Shown here in pieces: positions 46,570 through 58,039 of a DNA stretch of 64,000 nt. The DNA comes from Antedon mediterranea (taxonomy: Eukaryota > Animalia > Echinodermata). The stretch spans positions 8,680,001-8,744,000 of the forward strand of contig NC_092672.1 of NCBI RefSeq assembly GCF_964355755.1, read 5' to 3'. How positions within the stretch are numbered: position 1 is the stretch's first letter; each line of letters begins with the position of its first letter. Both the position numbers and the translations under genes were made by a program. The notes under the pieces are model-generated. The model ran no database searches. It saw nothing but the letters and a program-made list of their open reading frames with translations, and was not told where the DNA came from.

Positions 46570-49500
46570 GTTCCCACCAGCGACGCACCGCAATGACAAT
46601 TACAAGTTTATATACGTGATAAATTAGTTTACGTAAACAGACTTCTTTCTAAGGGTGTTTTGTAATCGCTATGTTTAGGCCTACTCGTCGAGAAGAAAAC
46701 AGTATACTATTGTTGGTATACTAATCTTCCACCACCATACTATGCCCACGTTAACCTATTTCAGAACACATACCGAAACTTAGTTTAATAGGCCTATACA
46801 TAGACATATAATATTCATTCGTTTCATGGTCTAAATAATCATAACATTACATTGTCTTACCTTAGTTGATTAAATTCATGAGAGTACAAACATGATAAAT
46901 TGAATTTCTGATCGTTCATTCTTTTGTAAATAGACTCGCTACTGTATTACGTTCAGCTGTCATCAACAACCTGCTCAAATACCTCTTTCAGATCATCGAA
47001 CCCGTTCATTTAGCTTGTATTAAACATTTCAATCACTCCCCAAAGTTTTGAATTAGAAAATATTAAAATGCATAGTAGGCCTAGTAGTAACAGTATCAGG
47101 ATATTTTTCTGTTCAATACAATTTTAACCGACTTGAGGTGTGTCAAGTACGATGGTTACAGCTTATATGGAAATTAGTAGTAAACAATGCGTTACAATTA
47201 CCATTGTAGGCTACGCCATTACACTAGCGGCTTAAAAAGCGATGGCGGTAGATTTAAACGGAGTTCGCCACACCATGCACGAATTAATTGATAATAAAGG
47301 AAAATGTTATTTCAGGACATTGTTTGCAACCAAGGGTCACTATTTTACAACTTTTTATACAACTGAATGCACCGACATCCAAATCCGAACTCGTACTGAC
47401 GTAGGCTACATGACTTTTTTTGTTCAACGTGTTATGGCAAAAATCACGAAAACACATTAAACGCTATTTATTTAATCTCAAGATATTTTACGTATATTAG
47501 ATAATCAAACAATCTCTAAATAATCTTTCAGTAAAAAAATTAAATGTACATGGCTCAGAACAGTCTGATTGAATTAACTCATTTCATTAATTTTCGTATA
47601 ATAACAATAACTTATTAAAAAAAAGATTACTTAATACTGTATGTCCGGTGCATTTTAGCATTTTAATCAAGTTAGGCCTATATGCATTGCAGTTCATATC
47701 ACCTACGCTATTGTTACCATTTGTATTGTTTATTTTATTTGCGTAATAATTGCCATACTCGTGGGGACTTGGAGGATGGGTGTTAGGGATAAAACCTAGG
47801 AGAATATGCACATCCGTACAACTTTTCGCATACCGGTTTGATATTAATTTGTCCACTTTATATGATAATTTCGTCGTGAGAAAACGTACTAAGAGTAAAC
47901 CGTTCTTCAACCTGCTAACAGAGCGTTATGTAAATTCAGCTAAAAACGGGAAAATGCTACTTTTAGATATCGATAGTGCTAATTGTGCTGTTTGTGTCGG
48001 ATTATAATATTAAATTCTTCTTCAAACAATTGGAATAAATAACACACACTTACAAAAAAATACATAGATCAGTATGTATACATTGACTTAATCAAATAAT
48101 TTAATACAATTTATATACAAATGCAATGATGCCCGAAGGAAAGTATAATGACATTAGTAATAAACCAATAAGAATTAAGCTATTTATCACGTGATAAATC
48201 TCTATTGTCTAGAAATTGGTAATCATAGTAGGAATGGATATGATTCTAATATTATAATATATCTGTGTATCCTTTCATGATTCTATTATTAAACTATATC
48301 TGTGCATGTATCCCACTAGTGCATTAACATTAATACATGTTATCAAAATATTGAAGTAATATACACAGAATATCATATAAAGAGGTACTTACATACTAGG
48401 TATAGTAATGATAATGTAAATATTTTGAGTCTACTCTTTTCAATTATTTTGATTCCATTTATATTCGCACCTCTTTCACTCAAAATTCAATAATTCATTA
48501 ATAACAGAACTATTCTTAATCATACCACGTTTAGATAGATTAGATTCTATCTGTTTAAATTAATTTGTCGTACCTGAATACACATTACACATCTAATTTA
48601 ATTTTTATGTGACATTTACAATAATGTATTGCGTTTTAATTGATTAGCTTTAGGTAATGTTAGATATAAAAACCTAAAATAAATTCCGGCCAGCCTGTTG
48701 GCATTTTATGGGCAAAGCGTGTGTCTACGCACGGCCGATTATCAATTGAGTAACCTCAAGAATAGACATAGGTCCTCCATTTAGGTAACAAAACAAAATA
48801 AGAAATACTAAAAATATACATTCTCTATAATAATACAATTTGGTGATGTCAATAACTTAGATTGTTTATTTTATTGAGACATCAAAAAAGACTGCCATTT
48901 ACAATATTTCGACAATCACTAACAGTTCACTCTCACAATAATATAATATAACTTTATACAATTTAAAACACTTACGTTACAAAGTTTTTCATTTTAAGAT
49001 TTATCAAATGTGCTTAAGAAAAAATGATCTTAACTAATCCATTTCCAAAATAACCTATGCAAATGTTACTTATTAATTTGACGAAGTTCATTCTATAAGA
49101 TAAGAAAAATTAGTTCAAATATACATCCTTAGTTAAGAACTATCTTTTCTTAAGCGAAATCCTTGATAAATGTCATCCCTAATCTGAAAAATGATATTTC
49201 GAATCACCAGATTTAAAAGAAAATTGTATTTATGACTATAATACATTATGTTTGCGTTTCTGCAGAAGATTAATTGTCCAGCCAACCCAGAGGAAGAATA
49301 ACCTCATATAATATTCTATATTTTATATGCAAACAAATTCATATGCCAGATTCAGTAAACAGATATTACCCAGTCACCGAAACAACCATTTGGTAATGCT
49401 ATTAATGTTTCTAGATCACATTTTTTATCAGTATCCATGCACGTAAATACGATAAGACTTAGACTGATATTTCATGCATAACACGTATTGATGTGGTAAT

Positions 49501-49579
49501 AGTGATCCCGGACATTACTTGCTTTATTCATATCAAAGATTAAGCACAATAACAGTAACCTTTATAATACTATATGAAA

Positions 49580-49860
49580 TACAAGGGATGAAGGGAAATA
49601 AGTGGAAGTAAATAAGGAAAGAAGAGCAGCAGCGGTGAAAGGAAATGGCGGAATGAAAGAGGTCGAAAACAAGGAGGAGGAAGGAATGTAGAAGGAAAGA
49701 TGTGGAAAGAAAAGAGATTGAAGGGAAAAAGTGAAAGTTGTGGAAGGAAAGATGTTAAAGGAAAAGAGTGGAAGGTAGAGGTGAAAGGAAGGAGCTGAAA
49801 TGTATGAAGAAAAGAAGAAAAGAAAAAGAAAAAGAAAGAAAGAGGAGGAAACAATGAGGT
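49580..49860 (+). repeat. Purine-rich (GA) low-complexity tract
   Basis: Almost no pyrimidines on the + strand; gaaag/gaagg units. Confidence 0.85.
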
Positions 49861-50013
49861 GGAAATCCGAGGCCAACATGATTTAGTGACATGCTCATGA
49901 ACCTGAAACTGAGACTACTTAATTGATTATAACAAACATGGATAACATTTTATAAATTTTTCAAGAAATTACCAATTTCATTTCTTGATAAAATGGTCCA
50001 ATACGTAAGTAAA

Positions 50014-51648
50014 TAAATTTTGAAGAACAGTAATAGAAGAAATAACAAGCAAAAGAATAACATGCATGAAATTAAAGTTCATTAAGAACAGCAAAAGAAC
50101 ATGGGTGAGATTGAGGTTATGCGTAATGCACATACTGTTGATATTGAATTCCAAGATAGAGATCTTAATTAACTTCACACAATGGTTGGGTCTATGATTC
50201 GGGGTTGTAAAGCAAAACAGCAAGGTGGGAAAAGAAAGCAAATGCATACGGTTGCAGATTACAATCAGAGAAAAAAATTGGAAAGAAAGAAGAAAGAGCG
50301 ACAAGAAATAAACAATTACCAGCTTGATGAAAATTACACAAAGAGACAAAAAGAAAGAAAACCAGAATCTGACGATAGTAATGCTCAAATTGAGGATTTT
50401 GAAACCCCTCAAGAAGTCGTAAGTTGTGAAGAAGACAAAGAAATGGACAAAGAGAAAAGTTAGAATGGTTCATTGAAGCTGCAGGAGCAAGAAGCAAAGA
50501 TGAGTAAAATGAAAAAGTTTATAGAAACAATTGAGATAATTGACACAGATGATGAAGAAGAGAAAGAAGACATAAGTGACAACAATGAAGAGGAAGGGGT
50601 ATTTGATAAAGAAGCATCTGTTACCAGCTTTTCAACTATGTGTAAGGTCCTGATGACAGACGTGAAGAAATCCAGGAGGTCTCGTAGACCTGTAAACTAT
50701 GAAGAGTGGGGAAGCTCTTTAGAAGATAGTAAAAGTGACGGGTCACCAACAAAAGACGTGTGTAATAAAGTTGAGTATTGATATGGATATTGGTACAGTT
50801 GGTAAAAAAAGGGAAAAGTCACAAAGGACAATGATGATGCAGTGAGTGTTACAAGTAGAAAAACCTGTTTGGAAAAAAAAAAACGAAACAAGTTAGTACA
50901 TACTCGAAAGGTCGCACTAATGTCTGGGCAAAGCAAAAGGGAATAACATCTCGGTCTCCGTTGGAACCACACTCAAATAAGAAAATATCAAGATGTAATT
51001 GAAGATGATGAAGAAGAGGAGGAGGAGAAGAGTGAAGATGATACTGTTGAATGTAAAGATGAGAAAGAAAGAAAGCCAACAAGGAACTCTGCAAGAGCAT
51101 CATCATTATTAATACAAAAGAAATTATTTGACTTTGAAGAACAAGAAGCAGATCAGAGTTATGATTTTAATGATGATGTTGGACGTGGCCCCATCAACAA
51201 GCACATTCAGGCAAAACAAAGTCAAACAAAGAAACTAGCGGGATGTGCTATTAATACTGTCACCAATCATCTGAAGAGCATTAGTAGCTAGTTTCAAAGA
51301 ATTGAAATTGGGACAAGAAAAGATATTAAGAGAGATTTTGTCTTTGGAAGAAGGTTTAGAAGCGATAAATACATTGAAAAAAAGAGTAGCAAACTAATGC
51401 AACAACTACATGAAAAATTATCGCTTAAGCTGTATGAAAACATTGAAACTATGAGAAATACATTTGAGGAGTTCCAAGAGAGGAATTTTCAACTGGACAT
51501 CCGCCTTAAGAGGAAGTTGCAAAGTGGACTACAGAACATCATCTTTCAAGAGAAGAATAAACTTAAGAACAACATTATTCAAGATGAAAAACGCCAGGAA
51601 TTGATGCAGGTGAAAAGATCATTGCAGTCATTTTTTACGACATTGTGA
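50014..51648 (+). pseudogene. Intronless decayed ORF: acidic/basic low-complexity region plus C-terminal SYCP3/SYCP2-like (Cor1) coiled coil
   Basis: One reading frame with internal stops at 50083, 50170, 50461, 50779, 50803, 50944 and 51289. The end reads ...PINKHIQAKQ...IETMRNTFEEF...KLKNNIIQDEKRQELMQVKRSLQSFFTTL*. Confidence 0.6.
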
Positions 51649-52572
51649 AGGACAGGTGGTCAAGTACAAGTGGTTGTGACAATAACTTGTATGTAAATAA
51701 GTTGCTTTTTGATACTGTTTAAAAATATATGCAATTATCGCTGTCTCCTGCAATATATTTAAACTATTTAAATGAGATTATTAATATTAAATCAAATTTA
51801 CAGAAAATTATTTTTATTAAAAAAAAAGATATTTATGATAATTTTGAACATTCCTGTTAATTAGCAGTTGAATTGTTGAGTTATTTAATGTTATTTAAGA
51901 TAAAACTATTGTTACAACTTTTTTGGGAGAAAAGTAAATGCGTTATCTAAAAATAAAAAAAAAGTAAATAAATCACTCGGATAATAAAAAGAAGATTTAT
52001 ATTGCAGTAATGGAAATAAACAGTTTTACGGTACTTACAATAAAGACGGCTTCATACAGCTGCCATCTCATTTGATTTTATGTAAAGAATACTATAAACC
52101 TACGGAAACCAAATGAAATTAATTCCACACGGTCATTAAAATGTTTATTACAAATAATTATGGACATTTCGATTTACGACTTAATCATAATATACAGTGT
52201 TTGGATTTGTTAGTTACTTTTTGTCGTCATCTTTACTACTTCGTCGTCACTACCATCATCATGGTCAATATTACTAATTTATTAACATACAGTTATAGGC
52301 CTAATGCATGGATACCGTCATTGAAGTCGTCGAGGACACTTATCTTAATTTTTATACTTCAATGTCGTTTCCGTCGTCGTTACTGACGTCAGTTTAGTAT
52401 AGTACACCTGATTATTTAGTTGAGATAAACATAACTAACAGTGATTCTTCTTGATACTTTCAATTACCGAACCAGATAGGCATGCACGTATTCGTTTTCC
52501 GGGCTTGATAATTGTGCAAACAGTTATAGACCTTTGACTGAGCAGTCATTTCCCCCACGACAATCATAAATT

Positions 52573-54064
52573 AAACTAGAATTTAATTCGTCACTTTGAC
52601 GAATTATAGGTGATCATTTTATCATTTTACTGAAATTAATTTTTTTTAAACATGCACGTACGTTAACATACGATCGGAAAATGTTGATGTATGCCATCCT
52701 ATTATACGCTTATAGTGCTGAGTTGTGCCTATATGCCATACAATATGTACAGATATACTGTATATCTATATACAGTGTAGCATAGGTGAAATTACGGGAC
52801 ACACATGTTCTAATTTTTTGGCATGATGACGTTATCAAACTAAACTTTAAGATGACAATTTCGAAAGATAATTAATTGAGCAAAAAAATTTAAGATTTGG
52901 AAAAAAAATTGGCACCTAGAAGTGCTGTGCGCGCTCTTTGAAATTTGTGTAACTTTGACGAAATTTATGAAAAAAACTACTTTTTCACTTCAACTGGCCA
53001 TATGTTAACGTCACAACATCCGATAGGCTTAATTTTTATATGAATTAATATCTACATTTCATTAGCTTTCATAATAAATTATAATCCTCAAGGTAACCTT
53101 CAATTCTGAAGAGCTGTAAGATATTCAAATTTACTGCGAAGGTGAAATTACACGGCCTACGTTATTCAAGTTTTTACGCGTGATGACGTCATTAAAATGA
53201 AAATAGTGTCAACTCATGATAAAGATAATTAATTAAGCAAGCACATACTGAAATTTGTGCGAAATTCGAGAACACATAACCAAGATGCGCTCTGTTGAAT
53301 GTGATAATCTACACAAAAAGATAACAAATCCTAATTTTTAAATTTAAGTTAAAAAGATCGGGGTCATCTTGCATTCTGAAGAATTATTTTCATTTTAAAA
53401 AAGACCTATTTTTCACCATTTTCAGAACTTTTGTAAAATTAATGTGCGCATTTTGTCATTTTTAACGTGCTCGTATAGCGTTATTTTAAGTCGGAACTGA
53501 CTCAAATTTGGTGTATGTACTAAGGATGGTGAGTAGAATGAGATTTGTAAGAAAAATTCAAATTTTTTACGCTTTTTAAGTATCGCGCGCGCAAAAATTT
53601 TGTTTGCGCAGTAATTTTTTGAAACACGCAAATGGCCTAATTCATGCTCTAAATTGATCAAAACTTAATTTTGAGCGTTTTAAATTTTTAACGCGCGATT
53701 TCACGCGCATGACCCTACGTGCGCGTGCGTTTTTATTTGCTAATATTTTTACCCTTGACCTGAAGTTTACGTGTAGTGAATTTCATTAATATGTGATAAT
53801 GAATTATGGAGATATGATTGATAATGTGATTTCGCAAAATGGCGTATAAATGACGTCACGGATGAGTGATCACGCTGGAAAGCTTATTAGAATTAAGTTA
53901 TATTATTTGAAAGATATTCTGAAATTTTGGTAATCATTGACATTAAACTTTTTGAGATAATTGTTACACAAAATAGTGTACAGAAACAATAAAAAGAACA
54001 AAAAAATAAAGATTTTGTACAATAACAATAGGTGATCATTTTATTCTAAATGATCACCTAATAA
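52573..54064 (-). mobile_element. Non-autonomous Helentron (HINE)-type element, about 1.5 kb
   Basis: Minus strand: 5' ttattaggtgatcattt-agaata-aaatgatcaccta stem-loop; 3' subTIR aaatgatcaccta, then hairpin aattcgtca-aag-tgacgaatt, then ctagttt. Confidence 0.8.
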
Positions 54065-54774
54065 ATAGGCAAATAAATAGATAGTATTGTTGTAATTTCC
54101 GAAATGTTTTGCACGACGTCTGATAATGCCCCAACTAAGATATATACGCGATCGCCAGTGCATGTTTTTCATTATACAGCGACGCGGCGTTAATTATTTG
54201 AAAATTGTAATACAATTGTAGTGTCTGAAAGCCAAACAATATCAATATAATGTACATCTTAATTACTTACTTTTTACAATTAGCTACTTTAAATAATTTA
54301 CCACTACACTGTAACTCCACAAACATGGAGAGGTTAATTTTTATACACTAATAATAAATAAATATATACTATAAGTGAATGGGAACGTATCCTGACCATT
54401 GTGATCCCCACCTTCGAAGTTTAAGTACACTGATGTGTTAGGGTTCCCGACTACTCCCGAATCTAGATTAATGGTTGCTGTTTATATTATAAGACGATAC
54501 AAATAATAACAAAAACAGTAATACTTTTTCTATATAATACAACAATTTTCATTCTAGAACGATACAATTCATTTGGGCGGGTTTATGATATAAAAAAAAT
54601 AGATAAGAAGATAAAATTCATTATAAATGGTCATCCTATGGTTCTGGAAAGAATCACTCCGATTTTATTGTGATTATAGATCATGACGTCATTTATTTTC
54701 ATCAAAGACCGTCTAAATGGTCATTCTATATTTTTAAGATGAACACGTTTATAAATAGGCCTACTGTAACTCGT

Positions 54775-55245
54775 ATTCAACAAGTTATAATAATTCCTAT
54801 TCAACAAGTTATACCGTAATAACCCGGATTCAACAGGTTATAACTCGGATTTAACAAGTTACAACTCGAATTCAACAGGTTAGGCCTATAACTTGGATTC
54901 AACAAATTACAACTCGAATTCAACGGGTTATAAATTGGTTACAACAAGTTATAACTTGGATTCAACAAGTTATAACTTGGATTCAACAAGTTATAACTTG
55001 GATTCAACAAGTTATAACTTGGATTCAACAAGTTATAACTTGGATTCAACAAGTTATAACTTGGATTCAACAGGTTATAACTTGGTTACAACAGGTTTTA
55101 ACTTAAAATCAACAAGTTTTAACTTGGATCCAACAGGTTATACCTTGGATCAAACAAGTTATAACTTGGATTGAGCAAGTTATAACTTAAATCCAACAAG
55201 TTATAACTTGGATTCACCAAGTATAACTTCGTTTAAGTTATAACT
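54775..55245 (+). repeat. 21-bp minisatellite, about 20 units
   Basis: (ttataacttggattcaacaag)n with a homogeneous centre and degenerate edges. Confidence 0.95.
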
Positions 55246-55780
55246 GAAAACCCAAAAAAGTTTTACGACATTAAACCAGTGAAGAAAATATATCAACGAG
55301 CACAGTTTCTTTACCGTTAAACAATATTATGAACAACTCATTATTATCGACATCTTCTGCGGCTTATTTTCTTTTAATCTTTTTAAAAAGAAAACTGAAA
55401 AGTATACCGTATATAATACACATACATTTTGTATTTACATTTGCTAAATATTACACTCTCCAAAAAGCATCTTCCGAAAAGTGAGCATACTCTTTCCTCA
55501 ATATTTAAAAAACAAGTAACACGACGATGAATTTGATCCGTAAACCAATTCCTTTGTGACAAGATGATGATCTCTTGTAAAATGCTAAACCTGCTGAAGA
55601 CACTCACGAACAAACGCAAACCGTCAGATACAACAATGCACCATACGGTTAACTCTAGCAATACATTTTACGAGGCCACGCACCCTATTATTATTCTAGT
55701 GTATTGACTGACCAGCAATCTTGATCTCGATGTATTAGCTAAATGTCCAAATACTTTCTTTGTGTATATTTTTGAATTTC

Positions 55781-56905
55781 TCATACACGAGCTGGACTTG
55801 AATGTGGAGTATTATTTGACACCATTGTAGTTGATAGTCTGCACGACTGTACATTTGACATCCTCACGCTTCCCCCACGACCTATCTTCTTTGTGTACTC
55901 TTTACATCCCAATATACTGCAGACAATAAGAAGAAGATCTGCACGTAGATTCTGATTTATTACAAGCATGATGATGGGATGTGCGCATGTATTTATTATA
56001 ATGAAAAACTGACCGATCGATTTTAGATTCTTTTCAAGTTTTTCTTCAAACGGGTAATTTTCGACGTAAGTAAACTGATATAGAACATTAGAGATGTGAT
56101 TTAGGGCGTAACAAATGCCAAACAGCACAGAAATAATGATGACAGAAACGCCAAGACGGTTCCGCTTCTTCATACGGGAAGCTACGCGAGTCGAACTGAG
56201 AGTCGCCGCATTTTGCCCACTCCTGAACAAAAAGATCGCCATCCTTGTATAGCAGAATCCAATAATAGATAACGGAATAACATATACAAATAAAGTGCGT
56301 ACAATCTCATGAATCTGCGCAAAAGTGTCGTGATGTTTCAGAAAAAAACAGTAATGAGGTATTTTGTAGTCGTCAACTACAAGGTCTCCTTCTATAAGTA
56401 TTGGAACACCGGCTGCAACTGAGCACACGAATATAACAAGTATCACCAAATATCGTCGGCGTACAATACAAGTATTGGCGCGTGTATGTGTCGTAACCAT
56501 TATGTAACGATCGAGACTCAGCGCTACTAAAATGTATACGACAAAACATTCGTTCATTACTTCAAAGGCATGGTTAAACTTGCATTCAAAAAGTGACGGT
56601 ACGGCGACTTGGGTACGTCGAAGCGGCGAGATGACGAAATTAAACATAATATATACGACGTTACAAATTCCCAACCAAACGACAAAAAAGTAAGCCTTTG
56701 TAACGTTAGAGCTTCCCTTTGATGATATTATTCGCCAGGAGAGAAGGACGAGAATTAGGTTAAGCGCAATACTGATGAACGATAATGTAAGCTTTGTACA
56801 ACAAACTGCCGTGCATTCTAGTGGTAGTGGTGGTAATGGTGGTAATGGTGGTCCCGTTTCATTGAGCTGCTCAGTAATAATATAATAACCGGATTGGTTG
56901 TCCAT
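55781..56905 (-). CDS. Rhodopsin-like (class A) G protein-coupled receptor, orphan or peptide-receptor-like, 374 aa, single coding exon
   Basis: Seven hydrophobic segments; TM3 Cys (FECKF) and ECL2 Cys (HYCF); SLDRY; TM5 IPLxIIxxCY; N-terminal NQS and NET sequons; Ser/Thr-rich tail; splice acceptor TTTTTGCAG 16 nt upstream of AAAATGG. Confidence 0.93.
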   Translation of the reverse strand: MDNQSGYYIITEQLNETGPPLPPLPPLPLECTAVCCTKLTLSFISIALNLILVLLSWRIISSKGSSNVTKAYFFVVWLGICNVVYIMFNFVISPLRRTQVAVPSLFECKFNHAFEVMNECFVVYILVALSLDRYIMVTTHTRANTCIVRRRYLVILVIFVCSVAAGVPILIEGDLVVDDYKIPHYCFFLKHHDTFAQIHEIVRTLFVYVIPLSIIGFCYTRMAIFLFRSGQNAATLSSTRVASRMKKRNRLGVSVIIISVLFGICYALNHISNVLYQFTYVENYPFEEKLEKNLKSIGQFFIIINTCAHPIIMLVINQNLRADLLLIVCSILGCKEYTKKIGRGGSVRMSNVQSCRLSTTMVSNNTPHSSPARV

Positions 56906-57791
56906 TTTCCAAGCTTCTTCTCTGCAAAAAGATTACAAATACGTTTATTTTTGTTTTTATAGTGTCTATTTCATGCAGAAAAACTAAGACGGATTATTTC
57001 CTGTATGGATCATCGATAGTCACAGTCGATCGCGTCTTTATGTTTATCGTGCTCATGCGCACGTGAGGCACTTTTGACTAAACGAATTAATGAAACAAAA
57101 TAATTAAATAGGACACTGAAAACTGTATGTCCATTGAACTAGGTTTCTATTACAAACATGATTTACACAGGATTTCATTACAATCAATGATATGTGTGGT
57201 ATAAAAAACTAATACAGTATAGATATAGAATGTACGGTAGTTAAGAAATGAAATTATGAAGTCAATAAAATCACCCATTATGACGTCCTAAACCATTTTA
57301 TATGAATTGATTTGAATGGCCGACTGTTATATTTCAAATGTGAATCTCTAAATAATAATACATGTTGTATTTAGGTTAATAATAATATACCTTTTTATGC
57401 TCAGCGCTTTGAGATATTAGTAAGTATAGGCCTATTACACAGAAATATCGCATGGATTTAGCGGAAAACACAAAACTGGAGAGAATCGTCAATAAGAGTG
57501 GTTCTTAATTGGATTGAGAAATGATAGAGACTCACATTTACATTTTATTAACGTAAATACATATAACTAATAATCTAACTGAACATTTTAAGCTATTGAA
57601 TCATTTTACAAGCTTTGTAAATGTTACATGTAAGCGAATTTGCATTTTAATTACGATAAGTGTGTTCTATCCGGCGGTGAAACGTCATTTTTATGAGATA
57701 TGTTGGGGTACGTGAACCAATACTAAGTGCTTATGTTAACACTAAGCTGCGAGTTTGAAAATATTGCGACAATATCGAGATTAATCATTAA

Positions 57792-58039
57792 AGCGTGGTT
57801 CCCACTAGAACGCAACGCAGCGACGTATCGGCGCAAAGTACTGTATTGCGTAATCACAAGTGGGAACCGACGACGCAATAGTGCTGTAAACATGACAGGT
57901 TTGATTTCACGCAGACGGGGGCAAACACGCGTGCGTGAAATCAAACCTGCGATTTTTGTGATTGTGATTACGCAATATATAACTTTGCGTCGATACGTCG
58001 CTTCGTTACGTTGCGTTGCGTTCTAGTGGGAACCAAGCA
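57792..58039. mobile_element. PIF/Harbinger-type MITE related to family H4; long nested hairpin
   Basis: TAA|agcgtggttcccactagaacgcaacg ... cgttgcgttctagtgggaaccaagca|TAA; internal IR caggtttgatttcacgca / tgcgtgaaatcaaacctg. Confidence 0.85.

Noticed and set aside
49562-50497. Phe/Leu/Ser-rich minus-strand ORFs as membrane proteins
   Set aside because: They are antisense shadows of the purine-rich tract and of the decayed plus-strand ORF.
54775-55245. CRISPR-like array or repeat protein ORF 54893-55174 (YNLDSTS)n
   Set aside because: Units are contiguous with no unique spacers, there are no cas genes and the context is eukaryotic. The ORF starts at TTG and is open only because the period is a multiple of 3.
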